Shown: piece by piece, positions 1 through 15,970 of the stretch
Layout of the letters: every line of letters begins with the position of its first letter
Numbering within the stretch: the stretch's first letter is position 1
From: the human T2T-CHM13v2.0 reference genome, Homo sapiens
Length of the DNA: 64,000 nucleotides
Reading direction: 5' to 3' (one strand)
NCBI RefSeq assembly: GCF_009914755.1
Contig: NC_060925.1
Translations under genes and position numbers: made by a program
Notes under the pieces: generated by a model
What the model saw: the letters and a program-made list of their open reading frames with translations, nothing else
The model's database searches: none
What the model was told of the DNA's origin: nothing

Positions 1-409
1 GAATCAGCATCTGTCAGAAGGGGTTTTGAATAACTAAATCTGCTCACCAGAGGCCATGGGGGTGGATGAGAATGGCCCACAAAGGCTGTCCAAGCAGCCT
101 CCACAGCCCCGGCACCCTCACCTGCTGCTGCCTGTGTGAGTCCTCTCCCCACCCCTTCTACAGTCCGGCTGAGCCCCTCCACAGTCCTGGTAACCAAGTA
201 GGGATCATCCCTCTGGGGCTGGGCTTCTGCTGTGGTCTTGCAGGTCCCCACCCTCTCCAGGAGGAAGAACTGCCCTGAATCTGGTCCAGTGGCACTGGCT
301 CTGCTGACAGAGTCAGCTGTCGGGTGGGAGCCCACTCTGGGTGGAGGCAGCAGCCTCTCAGGAGCCCGTCACTGTGGCAAAGTACAAACTCTTTGAAGCA
401 AAGACTCTG

Positions 410-585
410 TGGATCCAAACCCCAGCTTTCTAGCCGAGGAAATACTGGATCTCTAGACTGCAGTTTGTCTACCTATAAATGGCATATACCCTTGTTTTGA
501 GCATTACACGAGATGATCCACATAAAGCACTTAGCATGGAGCCTGCTCAGGGTAAGCACTCAATAAATGGTAGCTGTTGTCATTA
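410..585 (+). mobile_element. MIR fossil
   Basis: MIR-type 3' motifs: ...ctataaat...taaagcacttagcat...gcactcaataaatggtagctg. Confidence 0.6.
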
Positions 586-691
586 CTTAGAGGCCCGCTC
601 TCTTTCCTGGCTCCCCCACCCATCGGTGTTTCTTCCTCTTGGATTTCCCATCATCACCTCTCTACTGGTTGTGTCCCCCAGGGTTCTATGC

Positions 692-1009
692 TTTTTCTTT
701 TTTCTATTTTCTTTTTTTTTTTTTTGAGGCAGAGTCTTGCTCTGCCACCCAGGAGGGAATACAGTGGTGCGAGCATGGCTCACTGCAGCCTCGACTCCCT
801 GGGCTCAAGTGATCCTCCTACCTTAGCCTCCTGAGTAGCTGGGACCACAGGCTGCATGCAACTACACCGGGCTAATTTCTTTTTTTTCTGTAGAGATAGG
901 GTCTGGCTGTGTTCCCTAGGCTGGTCTCGAACTCTTGATCTCAAGTGATCCTCCCTCCCCAGCCTCCCAAAGTGTTTGGGATTACAGGCGTGAGCCACCA
1001 CACCTGGCC
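692..1009 (-). mobile_element. Alu (AluJ-like)
   Basis: Poly-T followed by antisense Alu ending ...cacctggcc; old-type gggctcaagtgatcctcc; diverged. Confidence 0.9.
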
Positions 1010-1534
1010 AGATTTTGTGCTTGACCCCTCCAATCCCCACTACACTAAGTACTTGTTGCCACACATCTGGGTTGCTCTACAGATAGCACATGCAGCAGCC
1101 CTCCAGGTGGGCTTCCTCCTCCCTGGACTGCCTCCTCCGTTCTCTCCTCCAAGCCTCCTAGAGTGCTGGCTCCATCTAGGCTGTTGTAAATAATCAGCCT
1201 AGCAGTCAGTGCCTACTAGGATGAGCTCCTGACCAAGCACCTGGGCTGAGACCCAGCTGAGACAATCACACCCCACAAAAAAGTACAAGCTCGAAAAAAT
1301 TCCATGCCACTGCTTAGGGCAGAATGCAGTCAGGGGAAGACAGCACCTCTCTCCAAAACCCTTTAGTAAACTATTTTCCAGCAATAAAACCCACTTTAAA
1401 TTCAGGCAGAGAGAAGGACCTCAGTACTCATAATTGAGAGAGCACATTTAATCAAGGCAGTAGACAGCTATTTAATTCCACTTTCTTTTGCCTAAATGTC
1501 CTTGTCCCCTCTTTTCCATTCACTTGTTCTAAAT

Positions 1535-1785
1535 CAATAGTTCTCAAACCCTCCGTGCTGAGAGATCAATTGTTTATTTTTCTTGTTCCCAAACTACTGT
1601 GGGCCAGTACTTTTGTAAAATGGTAAAAATAAATTTCTAAAAAAGAAAAATGCCATTCCGATGGCACAGAAAGTTTTAATTTCTATAAAGTTTCTTACTT
1701 TCAGTTTCTGTACATATCTTTTGGTAGTCTGGTAAGCAAGCTTCTCGCCGACCTACACCAGCCCCTGGCCCAAACTGAGAGTAGG
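1535..1785. mobile_element. hAT-Charlie-type MITE fossil (MER112-like)
   Basis: Begins with an agttctcaaac terminal motif and resembles the reverse complement of 44330-44425. Subfamily uncertain. Confidence 0.45.
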
Positions 1786-2039
1786 TAGAACAGCTTCTGG
1801 AAGGAACAGAGCCACAGAGGAGTCTGTCTCCCACAGACACTCCCCATCCCAGGTTTTTGTCCTGTCATGTAGTCTGCTCAGCAGCAGCCCTGCTCCACCC
1901 AGAGCATGCAGTGGTGAGGTTTGGGGTGGGATTTGCCCAGGCTTTGGTTACTGATATTCCTTGAGAGTCTAGCAGCCCCCAGGAGGAGGGATATGCAGAG
2001 ATGTTCCCAGCCCCAGTGCAGTGCAGGGACTGGCCCTTA

Positions 2040-2560
<521 letters not shown>

Positions 2561-3144
2561 AGTCTAAGAAGCTCCCTGGAGAAAGAACAACTTTGTATCT
2601 AGATTATAAAAGCCAACTGCTGCTCTACCCTGTAGAAATATTCACTTGAAAAACACTGATTAGTAGCATATTTGTCCCTCACCTTTCAGCACCTCACCCC
2701 TTTCTGTCCTACCCTACCCGCTACTAGCAAACCCCTGTATTTGTTCTCCAAACTAGCCTTCCGGGCCACACAAATACCCAGACAGTGATTTCAAAATACC
2801 GAAATCATAGACTGAAGTAACAGAGCCATCTAGGATTTCTGTAAGGCTGAATGCCTGTTTTTTTTTTTAAGTTGTCAATCCAACACTTTTTAACCCTTGA
2901 GTATAAGCGCGGGTATACCAGTTTGCAGGGCTACTCTGAGAACTCATAAGTTGCATAAGGAAGTACTATGGGCCCATGGGGAGATAAGTTGGATATGATT
3001 TCTACACTTAAGCATTCTACCATGCTGCTGAAATTGGACCCAGTCAAGTCTAGAAAGTGTGCTCTGCTCTCAAAATGTAATGGGTTTAATCTAAATAAAC
3101 CCCCTATTTATCCTTCAGTATTTTTGCCCTCACATTGAATTTTC

Positions 3145-4290
<1,146 letters not shown>

Positions 4291-4349
4291 AAATTTTTTG
4301 AAACCTTTGGGCATCTCTTAAGCACATAGTATTTCCCATTTCTCGTCAG

Positions 4350-4540
4350 TATTGTTCTTAAAGTTTCTCAGAATTGTGATCATAGACCAATTCTATCTAC
4401 AGCCTCTGTGAAGTTTGCTAAAATGTAGACAGTGGCTCTTCTCCAGGCCTGCTAAATCATAACCTCACAAGGGGTGCTCAGGTATTTATATTTTGAAAAA
4501 TTTTCCAGGTGATTCTTATTCACATCAATTGCTAAGAGTC
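4350..4540. mobile_element. MER5-like hAT MITE fossil
   Basis: tgctaaaatgtagac...gctaaatca...ccaggtgattctt motifs. Confidence 0.5.
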
Positions 4541-4704
4541 ACCTTCCTAAAGGAATGTGGAGCCAGAGAAAAATCACACTATTAATCCCACCATCTGCCT
4601 AGCCTGTGGCACATTTACCAGACGGTATTCAGTCTAGATCAAACACCAAGATAGTCTTGAAAGGGAAAGACAGTCATACATGAGAATAAAGCAACAAGTA
4701 ACTC

Positions 4705-4734
4705 GTGTGTGTGTGTGTGTGTTTGTGTGTGTGT
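4705..4734. repeat. (GT)n microsatellite, interrupted
   Basis: Direct reading. Confidence 0.9.
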
Positions 4735-4929
4735 TGGGCATGCAGTTTTCTTTGATGATCATGGTTACTGAAGCGAGGGGGAGAGGATCTGGGCTGAACA
4801 GCTATGTGAGGCTTAGTTTTGTTTTTAGCACCATCTTCTCCCACCACTTCCATCCGTAAGTAACTGCCCAGTGCTGGCATCGGAATTCTTCCTAGCTTAG
4901 AAGGATCTCTCTGATTCATGATATGCTGA

Positions 4930-5110
4930 AGCAATCATTCTCCACCTTATCAGCATTTAAGGATTACCTGGAAAGCTTTTGGAAACCTCCAGAGTCTAAG
5001 CAATTTCTGGACAAATCAGATCAGAAGCTTCTGAGCAGGGTCCTGACAATGACGTCCTTTGAAACCTTCCCTATAGGCTTCTCACCGGAAGCCAGGGTTG
5101 AGAACCTCTA
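4930..5110. mobile_element. MER5-like hAT MITE fossil
   Basis: attacctggaaagctttt...tcagaa...gccagggttgagaacc terminus. Confidence 0.5.
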
Positions 5111-5930
5111 TGCTAGAGGGTTTGTTTTTTTTTTTAATTTTTTCAGTTTATCATCCTGATGCTCATGAGTTGTATCTTGCATTCTGGACATGATATGAGC
5201 TATTTTAAACCTTAAAGAGCTCTAAGAGACAAAGCAGATTATCATAAACACTCATCTTTATTATACATTTGTTTTCCAACAATTTCCAGGGCCTCTGCCT
5301 GATCTCCACTCTCCGCAGATTTCTTTCAACTACAGCTAGAACTACCTCAGCTGGATTCCCTTTAATGTGCAAAAATAAATATCTTCATGCTATGGTCCAG
5401 TTTTAATATAGATTTCTGTTACTTAAAGCTGAAAGCAACCTAACTCATCCAGTGTCTCAGGAGATTCCAGAAACTGCTGATGCCTTTGAGAGAGATTCTG
5501 GTGGCCGCATAGAGAATGATTTCCATACGCAGACATTGAGAACATAAGATTAATGCATTTACAGTTGACCATGTGTTTTCAACTAGGTTACTATGTTATC
5601 TTCCTCATAACTTTATATGTTAGTGAGGCATTATTGGAATTAGTTTCTCACAGATGGGGAAACTGTGGTGAGAGAACATTTTGGGCCAAATTTCTAGAAC
5701 TGGAAGGATATGACCCCATGTCTTCTGATTCCCATTCTGCAATGCCTTCCATCATTTCATCAAAGTTACAGTTACTAATTATAACATTTATGAATAATTG
5801 TCAAATAATGCACTTATAAAGTATGTATATTAACATACACATATAACTAATTTGCGCTACGCATTTCTGCTGTTATTTGAAAAGTCTACTCAATAGACCC
5901 TGGGGACTTTAAAGAACTAAATGTTCAATA

Positions 5931-6114
5931 AGTAGTTTTTGGGGTGTTGCTCTAAAACCAACAGCATCAGCGTCACCTGGGAACTTGTTAGAAATGCAAA
6001 TCCTCCGGCCCCTCTCAGACCTACTGAATCAGACACTGTAGGAGTAGAGCCCGGCAATGTGTGTTTGAACAAGCCCTTTAGGTAACTTGATACTCACTAA
6101 AGTGAGAATTACCG
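5931..6114. mobile_element. MER5A (hAT-Charlie MITE)
   Basis: cagcatcagcgtcacctgggaacttgttagaaatgcaaat...agacctactgaatcaga matches the MER5A core. Confidence 0.85.
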
Positions 6115-6384
6115 TATAGCAGATAATGCAGAACACTCTACCCAAATTCCAGGTGTCACTTCTCGAGAAGTTATGTAGTGATACTGAAGCCTAGATAACT
6201 CAGTTCACTAATTTTGATTCTGGCGCCCACACAATTCACCACTGGGCTATCTTACCTCCTAGTAGATAATGGACTTGAGATATTTTGGAGATTCTGACAA
6301 AGAGCATTCAAAAGTCTCCATGATTCTTCTTTTTCTTCTACCTCTTATTCTTCTTTTCTCTCTCCTTATCCTCCTCCTTCTTCG

Positions 6385-7090
6385 GCTGTATTGAGATATA
6401 ATTAACATACCATACAATTCACCACTTAAGGTATATAATTCAATATATCCCTTAAATTAGTATGTTCACAGAGTTTATGCAACCACCACCGCAAGCAATT
6501 TTAGAATATTTTAACCACCCAAGAAACCCTGAACACATCAGTAGTCGCTCTCCATTTCCCTTCATCCTTTAGCCCTAGGCAACAATCAATCTACTTTGTG
6601 TCTCTATGGATTTGTCTGTTCTGGATATTTCGTATGAATAGAATCATTCAATATGTGGTCTTTCATGAATAGGTTCTTTCATTTAGCATAGGTTTTATGT
6701 TAGCGGTTCATAAGGTTCATCCATTTTGCAGCATGTATCACTAGTTCATTTCTTTATAATGCCAGATAATAATCTACAGTATACATCTACCATATATTAT
6801 TTATCCATTTACAAGTTGATGGACATTTGAGTTGTTTCCACTTTTTGGCTATTATGAACAGTGTTGCTACAAACATGTATGTAGAAGTATATGTGTGGAC
6901 ATATGTTTTCATTTCTCTCAGGTATATACTCAGGAGTGGAATTGCTGGGTTATACGGTAATTTTGTGTTTAATCTTTTAATGACCTGCCAAACTGTTTTC
7001 CAAAGCAATCGTGCCATTTTACATTCTTACCAGCAGCGTATGAGAGCTCCAATTTCTTCTCCACATCCTCACCAACGCTTATTAAGTCTG
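6385..7090 (-). mobile_element. L1MB-type 3' end
   Basis: Antisense L1 3'UTR. ORF 6787-7017 translates as a degenerate ORF2 C-terminus (LWKTVWQ..LPYNPAIPLLSIY..MFVATLFIIAKKWKQLKCP). Confidence 0.85.
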
Positions 7091-8204
7091 GGTTCTTCTG
7101 AAAGGTGTAGGAACTCATAGCCACTCTGGTGACACTTTTTGCGACCTGGATCCACTCCTGTCTGGCAGCTTTCTCAAACATATAATCCCTTTTTGAGAGA
7201 TTCTGAATATAATACTTTGCCCGATTTTAATTGAGAGCACCTAGAATGGCCCTAGAATCAACTCATTCCTAAGTTACTTTTACACTTTCTGGATTGGGGT
7301 AGCTGCTATTGTATATTGGGAGGGAATGATGTAGACTTACAGAGGTCACCCTGGAGCAGACCTGATCCACTGGAGAATTCCAGATGTGACGAGCTGGCCC
7401 CGAGGAGGGCTGCTCAGACAGGAGAAGGCAAGGCTCATGCTAGTGCCTGGGTGAAGCTGGTAGCCCCAGATGAATGGATGCTTAACCCAAAATATTGACT
7501 GTGAGTTATTGGAGGATTCCATTTTGCCTGCTGTCTTTTTTCCCTTTTAACTCCTGTGTATAATCAGGACTTGGCTGCAGCTCTAGGTGGCCAGAGTACT
7601 ATCACAAACTTCCCAGCAAGTGTATGCTGAGCCATCCGTGGCTTTCCTCCAAAATGAGTCTGTGCCAGTTTCACGGTTTAGCTGAGAGAGGCATTCAATA
7701 GCCTCAGTACACCCAGGCTGTCCTCACCTTCAGCAAACTTGCCACCCTTGCATGACCCATTGCTTTTTAAGATCATTTGTGGAACCCACTGTCATATCAT
7801 TTGGGGTTAGCCCCGAGGGCCACCAATAAGGTTAAAAATGCTCATACTGGAAGCAGCAGGAGAAAGAGTGACAATCCAAGTTGAGGAAATAGAGAAGATT
7901 GGGAGGAGTAGAATAAGGTGCACCTACTGTGTGCTAAATACTGTACTATGTGCTTTACATATGATAGACCAATTGACCTTCCAGCAGTTCTAAGAAAATT
8001 AGGTTCAGAGATCACTGGTAGCTCACCCCAATTTTCACAGCTAGTACAGAAAGGTGACTTGAATTTGTTAGTAACTATACTACCCCAAGTGCCAAATGGT
8101 CACAGCAGGGCCTCAGAGCAGTGGCAGATGGTTGTGAGAAGAGCAGAGACTCCTAAAATCCAAATATCTAAGTTAAAGTTCTGGTTCTGCAAGTAATCAA
8201 AATG

Positions 8205-8404
8205 ACCTTTTGATTTGGGTCAGATAGTTTTTTGTTGTGGAGGCTGGCTGCCCTGTGTATTATAGGATGTTGGACAGCATCCCTGGCCTCTATCCACTAG
8301 ATGCCAGTAGCATCTTCTCTTCCACCACTGTGACAATCAAAAATGTTCCAGACATTGCTAAATGTCTCCTGGAGGGAAAAATCATCTCTGGTTGAGAACC
8401 ACTG
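8205..8404. mobile_element. MER20 (hAT-Charlie) inserted in a MIR (MIR pieces ~8125-8200 and ~8420-8550)
   Basis: cagcatccctggcctctatccactagatgccagtagc...ccagacattgctaaatgtc...ggttgagaaccactg. Confidence 0.85.
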
Positions 8405-10074
8405 AATCAGACAAAACCCATAACCTTTGTTTTATCATCTGTAAAATGGAGGATAATCACAACACCAGCCACTTACCACGAGATTATTGTGACAGTCATA
8501 TCAAATAGTGGTCTTGCAAAGACTTTGTCAAGTGTAAAGCTTGAAACAAATGTACGTTGTTAGTCTGACCTCAGGGTAACACTAGAAGCTGGAGTTGAGG
8601 GAACAATCATGCATATTAGTGTAATGAACAGCCCCAGGACTCCGCAGGGCAGAAGAGTGTTCTTGTGCAGATGATGACTGGAGGGGTTTGGGAATGAGTA
8701 AAGCTGGGGGAATATGGCTCCACCACTCTCTGGAGTTCCATTAATATGTGGATGAATGTCAATCGCAGAGGTTCCTGAGAGTGAGTTTGCAGGGAGAGGT
8801 GTCAGGATAACAGGGCTGAGCACTAAAGGCAGAGTGAGGGTAGAGAATTCAGGAGGCTTGGGAACAGTAGGCAGATGGAGGAGCTATCGTGGTGGAGAAG
8901 AAGCTTGGGAACTTGCGAGCTTGGGAACCAGGACTGTGTCTTGGGGTGAGAGTAGGGATGGGGATGGGGATGGGGTGCTGCTAAGCCAAGTTAGCTCTGA
9001 GACACTCACAGAAGGAAGCTTCAGGGCCCAAGTGCCTAATTAGTGTTCTGGGGTCTGTGAGGATGAATGAAGCACAGAGATGTATGTGTAGGTGCTGGAA
9101 ATATTGCTTTAGTAAATGTATTATATGCTCATAAGTGGAGGAACAGAGTTCAGGATACTGGTTACAACCTCTGAGCTCATGACTCGCTAGAGACCATGGT
9201 TAAAAAAAAGCGCAGGAGGAGGTTCATTGGAGAGATTTGGTTACAAACGGGGGAAAAGAAAGAAAACAATTTAATCAGAAAGTGCTTAAGTGATGTCATT
9301 TTAAGCCAAATTTTCTAATTTGAAATTGGGTTTTTAAGTGGGTAAACCTAAAGTTTATAAAATAAATAACAGCCCCTTTCATTTGTGTAGCATTTGGCAC
9401 GATGTATATAAACCACACAATCCAGCACTCAATAAATATTTATTCTTTTCCATGTGCAGGGATTTAACAGATCTCAGTTCATCTTTGCATTGGTGATGGT
9501 AGTAAAGTTGGCTTTCTTATTTCCATTTTATCAGTTTGGAAATAGAGGCTTTGAGAGGTACAGTGATGTCCAAAGTTACAGAAATATTGGGTGACAGGGC
9601 TTGGGCATAAGCCAAAGTTCCCTAGTTTGAGCCCTGCCAGTTCTCTTGGAGGACACGGCATTGAGGGATTTGGTGACACATCCTTTAGGGAAGCAAGGTG
9701 GCCAATTCTAGAGCACTTTGCCAGTTCACACAGTTTGTCCAAGCCTTTCCCTCCTACAATCCTGAAGGCAGGTGGTGGGGGCAGGGCTTTAGCAGGAGGA
9801 GCAGCCTCCCTGAAAATAACATCCTCCCATACAGGACATCTCTGCTGGTGCCGTCCTCCAGTGCGTTTTCTGTGTGCTGCTTCCTCTGATCAAGCTCGGC
9901 TTGCTCTTTAACCAAGATTCACGCATTCTTGCTCCCATTCCTGAAGCTACAGATTGGCACCTCTTTTCAGCATTGTCCAATCACGGTACATCAACTTCAG
10001 ATAATGGACTTGGTCACCTAAGAAGCATACTGTCTCTCCCAGCTCTAAAAACACACACCCACCCCAAAGTATTG

Positions 10075-10545
<471 letters not shown>

Positions 10546-11169
10546 GGCTAAGGTGCATAAGGATGTTTATGATTTTGTAAGCTTCCCAAGTATGAGGCAG
10601 AACCAGGCAGGGCTCCTCTGCCAACTACCCTGTCGTTGGTTACAGTAGAAATACTCCCCTGGCTCTGTGGCCTGTGGGCTCTGCTAAGGGCTTTGCACCC
10701 TAATCCTGCTCTCAGGGAGCCCACCACTTGCCTCCTGTCACACACCACCCACACAGGCAGTGACAGAGCAGAACTGAGAACTGCAGGAAAGGCAGCAGCT
10801 CAGCCTTCTTCTCATGCCTGTCAACAGCCTGGAGCTGAGCACGCTGCACACTAATGAGTACTATTTTCTACCCCAGCTTTTTAAAATGCTGCAATATTAA
10901 CAACTACCAAAATAATTCAACTCTCTACAGCAGTGGGTTGGCTTAGCCGAAAAAGACACCAACGGGGCTATGGCATCTTTGCTGTGTTGCTAAAGCCCTG
11001 CAGAGTATATGCACGTGCACATGCACTCAAATAGAAATGCACATACTTTAATTTATCAGGAAAACTAAATGAGACAATACATGTAAATGTACCGTGCTTG
11101 GAACAGAGCCTGGTACTGCTGGTACAAAAAACAATCAGATGTCATTTTGCAAGGGGATGTACTGAATAT

Positions 11170-11637
11170 TCCCTATTTACTTTTCAGATCTTTCTCTTTT
11201 CTGCACTGTGTTCTAGGAGGCTTTATGTGCTACCTTAAGGTGCTCTCTTGCCCTCTGGTTCCTGCTTGGGCTTGGCCAATGAGAGGCACCAGCAGAATAT
11301 GGAAGGATCAGGAGAGGGGTCAAAATATGAATTCCCCTGGCTCCCTGCCACCAAGGCCTGGTTGGCAGTGGCCAGGTTTCTCTCCATGCAGCCTTAGCTT
11401 TTGCTGGCTGGCCCCCTTTCCAAGGGAAATGCTTCTGCTAGGTTCCAGCAACCTCACTCCCTCACCCTGCAGCTTTAAGACTATAGGGGTGATCTTACCG
11501 TGGTTTATAGCTGTAGCTGGCCCTGGGATGTTCACAATTAACCCTGCTCACATCTCTGTACATAGTTATTTCATTAATTCTCTCCAGTCACTACTGTTGA
11601 ATATGGACCTGTTTCCTGCCAGGACCTGACTGATATA
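11170..11637 (+). mobile_element. ERVL solo LTR (LTR33-like)
   Basis: ttgccctctggttcctgcttgggcttggccaatgagaggcaccagcag... ending tgtttcctgccaggacctgactgata. Confidence 0.7.
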
Positions 11638-12339
11638 AGGAACAACTGTCTGGATTTGATCCAAGGAAGATCCTGAAACAATGTGACTGTCTCCAGCACT
11701 GGGCATCTGTCTCCAGTTTCTTGTGGTCCTTAGGTGCTCATGGGGAGAAGAAAGTCCTCCCCAGCTGTGTGATGTTGGGAAGCATCCATGTGCTTCCCTC
11801 TTCAATGCAAAGCCAGCACCACTTCCACCATTTTTCTACCCTTAACTCTAATATCATTCCATCCAAACACCTCTGTAACCATTTCCCTTCAGGAAGTCAG
11901 AGGTAACCCTTCTCCTGAAAATCAACTGGGAATCCCTCTGATTTGTCCTTATGTGTGTGTCAGGCTTCCCACTAGGCCATGTTGTCCCTGGGCCTGGAGA
12001 TCCTCCTGAGCAAAGGAAAGTGAGATCTTGCTAACCTGCATGCTTACATCAGTAGGTCTAACTGTGGTACAAACTTTTATATCCACTATATTGAATGTCA
12101 TCTCCATACTCTTTGAAAGACACATCCTCTCGATTTTACAAGTGAGGGCGATGATGCTTAGAGAGAAAATTGCCCAGGGTTATCCAGCTGGTAGAGAAGA
12201 TCTGTTTTGAAGCCTGTTATAAAACAAAGCTTGTGCTCTCAAAATGAAGAACCTCTCAGGGTTGTATCAGATCAGAAAATTCCCCACACTCTCACAGGAC
12301 TGCATAAACCCCCTCAGAGCCCTTATTCCAATCACAATT

Positions 12340-12500
12340 TTCTATGTATTTGTATAATTATTTGATAACATCTGATTCCCCATACTAGACTATAAGTTCC
12401 AAGAGGGCCAGTCCTGTGCCTGATTTTACATACTGTTGTTTCTTCAGGGTATTAGTACTGTGTCTGCTGCATTGCAGACATTCAATAAATATTTTTCATA
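12340..12500 (+). mobile_element. L2 3' end
   Basis: actagactataagttccaagagggc...ttcaataaatattt. Confidence 0.65.
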
Positions 12501-12669
12501 TGTCTGTTCACTGAAATCAGGAGACTGGACCAAATGACCTGTGAGGTCACATGCAGTCTTTTGACCTCATAAGGATCTACCTTAAGGATCAAGAGGTGAA
12601 TTCTGTTTATCCGATGCCTCCCAAGATATGAAATTTAGATCAGGAAGTAGCTCAGAAAGTACAGTTTTT

Positions 12670-13291
12670 GGCCAGGCATGGTGGCTTATGTTTGTAGTCC
12701 CAGCACTTTGGGAGACTGAGGCAGGAGTATCTCTTGAGGTCAGGAGTTCAAGAGGAGACTGGATAACAGAGCAAGATCCTGTCTCTACAAAATTTTTATT
12801 AAAAATTAGCTGGGCGGCCGAGCGTGGTGGCTCACACCTGTAATCCCAGCACTTTGGGAGGCCAAGGCGGGCAGATCATGAGGTCAGGAGATCGAGACCA
12901 TCCTGGCTAACACAGTGAAACCCCGTCTCTACTAAAAATACAAAAAATTAGCCAAGCATGGTGGCAGATGGCTGTAGTCCCAGCTACTCAGGAGGCTGAG
13001 GCAGGAGAATGGCATGAACCTGGGAGGTGGAGCTTGCAGTGAGCCAAGATTGGGCCGCTGTACTCCAGCCTGGGTGACAGAGCAAGACTCGGTCTCCAAA
13101 AAAAAAAAAAAAAAAATTAGCTGGGCATGGTGCATGGCTTTTGTCCTAGCTACTTGGGAGGCTGATGGAGGAGGATCTCTTGGGCCCAAGAGTGCAAGAG
13201 TGCAAGGCTGCAGTGAGCTATGATTGCACCACTGCATTCCAATCTAGGTGACAGAGCAAGACCCAGTCTCTAAAAACAAAAACAACAAAAA
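12670..13291 (+). mobile_element. AluJ-like element split by an inner Alu
   Basis: Left arm 12670-12815, right arm ~13112-13291; perfect 16-bp TSD AGAAAGTACAGTTTTT at 12654-12669 and 13292-13307. Confidence 0.92.
12816..13111 (+). mobile_element. AluY-like element inserted in the linker of the AluJ
   Basis: Full-length; TSD AAAAATTAGCTGGGC at 12801-12815 and 13112-13126. Confidence 0.92.
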
Positions 13292-13895
13292 AGAAAGTAC
13301 AGTTTTTCTGACTTTTCATTGATTGACAGATGACCCCAGTATATCTGAGCAGCTGCTGTTTGGTAAGCCAGACAACAAGCCATCTGAAAGCAGGAAAGAC
13401 GCCTTTGCATTCACCACTGTGTCCCCAGAGCCCAACTCGGCCTGGTGTATTGATTACGGATATTGAATCAGTGTTGTCTTGCACGGATGAGTTGAAATAG
13501 ACCCACATCAATGAAGTAAAGGCACTCTCCGCTCCTCTTTTCTCAATTTGTACCCTTTATCCTAAAAAATGCTTTCAGGAGTCACTGAAGCAAGACTTGA
13601 AATAATGTGACCTTCTGGGTAGTAATATTACAGAAAAAATAATAATGAAAAGCACATCACGTGGCAATATCCAAAATGAGATGGCTTTAGAGAAAAAAAT
13701 ATAATTCAAAAAATGAAGAGGAAAAACTGCAAAAATGTCATGTTTTGTATACCAAAATAACCTATAGCTTCAACTAAAAGAAAAGTCTCCAAATGCACAA
13801 AATGCAAAGAAATTTGTTTTTTTCAGCTATATGAACATAATAGTATCATAAGTAGTGTCGTGTAAAACTTATTCTCCCTTTTTCTCTCTATTTAC

Positions 13896-13898
<3 letters not shown>

Positions 13899-13936
<38 letters not shown>
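13899..13936. repeat. (TG)19 microsatellite
   Basis: Direct reading. Confidence 0.95.
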
Positions 13937-13940
<4 letters not shown>

Positions 13941-14240
13941 GATGTGTCCATTCCTACTTAGATGGCTTCTGCATCAAGGTAACTATTTTTTGTAACAGTA
14001 TGGCTAGATCAGACAGCTCATCTCATTTGACCATCCCAAAGAAAATGCATTATAACCCACAATCCTTAGTAGCTATCAAGTAACTTTATCAATGATCAGT
14101 ACTTCCTGAGATATTCTGATTTTAAGAATTTTGACCTGATGCCTTACAAAGGCACTAAATGGTCCTTGTTCTCTCTCAGGTAAGGGCGTACTGGCTCAGT
14201 CTATCTTACCACAGCCAACAGCACATAATCTAAGACCTGG

Positions 14241-14691
14241 TGTAGTGGGTTACATAGTGTCCTCCCAAAATGTCTGCCTATCCCAAAACTGAGAATGTGA
14301 CTTTGTTTGGAGCAAAGATCTTTGCAGATGTAATTAGTTAAAAACTCAAGATGAAGTCATACTGCAGTTAGAGGGAGGCTATGGGCCAATGACTGGCGTC
14401 CTTATAAGATGAGAGGACATAGAGGGACACAGAGGAAGGGATGATACCAAGATGGAGGCAGAGATTGGAGAGATGCATCTACAAGCCAAGGGGCTCAAGG
14501 GATTGCTGGGAGCCACCAGGAGCTAGGATGAGTCAAGGAAGGATTCTTGCTTAGAGCCTTTGGAAGGAATGTGGTCTTGATGACATCTTGAGTTTTGACT
14601 TCTGGCCTCCAGAATGGTGAGAGTAAATTTCTCTTATTTTAAACCATCAGATTGGTGGTATTTGTGATGGTATCTCTAGGAAATTAAATCA
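14241..14691 (+). mobile_element. MaLR solo LTR (MLT1C-like)
   Basis: tgtagtgggtt...gaatgtgact..tttgcagatgtaattagtta...gacttctggcctccagaa...ctaggaaa. Confidence 0.85.
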
Positions 14692-15739
14692 TCTGGGCTC
14701 AAGGGGGTTCCATCATTGGGGTGTACAGTCATCCTTCTAGTTACACCTGAGTGAATACCACGCAATCGTGGCAGGCCTTCTCAGCTTCTCTAAACCACCT
14801 TCCTTTTCTCTCTGACAGACGCCACTTGCACCAGGTTGTCCCTCCACATTTTAACTTGGATGGAACATCAGTGTCTGCTTCCTGAGCAGCTGCTAAGCTG
14901 AGGGACTGCATGACAAACTCTGGCAGTGAGGGGCAGGGAGCTCTTGGGGAGGAGAGGAGGGAATCTCAAGCGAAGGGGAATGAGAGACGGAGGGAAATGT
15001 GTGAAGAAACATCTCTCCTTCCTTTTTTCCTTCCACAGTCTGCTCTGAGGCACACTTTCTCCTTGCAAACATTCTAGAGAAGTCCAGGTGCCCAGGGGCC
15101 ACATCTGCTGAATATCACCTCACACATCCCCTCTTTCCTCACCTCATCTTCACTGGGATTTGCAGATCCCAAATAAAGCTTCCTTCACATTTAGTACTCA
15201 CCACAGACTCCAACATTTAGTAGACCCCGGGAAGACAAGGTGGCATAACCTCAGCAAATTAATTAGTGTTTCTGTGCCTCTGTTTTTCCCTCTGAAAAAT
15301 TAGCAGTTTCTGCCTCATACAATTGTGAGAAATTAAATAAATCAACATATGTAAAACACTTGAAAGGTGTCAGGCACCTAATAAATGGTAAATGATATGC
15401 ATTGTTATCTGGCTTATGGAGGTTTTCATTCTGATACCAAATGTTAATGAGAATTCTTCATCAAACCCTAATCCTCTAGAAACAATCTGATAATCATATA
15501 ATATCTTCTTTTAATGAGGTCAGCAGAAGAAAAAGAAATGCAAAAGCAACATATTAGGGGAAGGATTATTAGGTGGAAAAGGGCCTGAGAGAGTAAATAT
15601 TTTTTTTTCCAGGTCTCAGTTTATAAGTTAAAAAAAAAATCCTGAGAAAACAGAGGAAAAAAAATTCATTCCTTTTTACAAAGGCAAAGAAGTACCTGGC
15701 TTAACTCAGTAAGCAAGTGCAGCAGCAGTAACCACTCTA

Positions 15740-15970
15740 TGACATAAGAGCCACCATCTGCACGGGATGTGCTGACACCATGCTAAGCTCTTTATATTCA
15801 GTATCACAATTAATCCCACAACTATCTTTTGAGACAGGATTATACACATTTAGACATGAGAAAACTGTTTGATAAGAAAAGGTTAATTAATTGCCAAGGT
15901 CACACTGCCAAATAGTGGAGCACCTGGGATTTGTACCCAAGAATTCTGACTTTAAAATTCACCATCTCAT
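15740..15970 (-). mobile_element. MIR fossil (another at ~15240-15410, +)
   Basis: tttagacatgagaaaactg...ttgccaaggtcacac...ctgggatttgtaccca. Confidence 0.65.

Noticed and set aside
11087-11629. 180-aa plus-strand ORF
   Set aside because: It lies within an LTR33-like solo LTR and has no recognisable domain.
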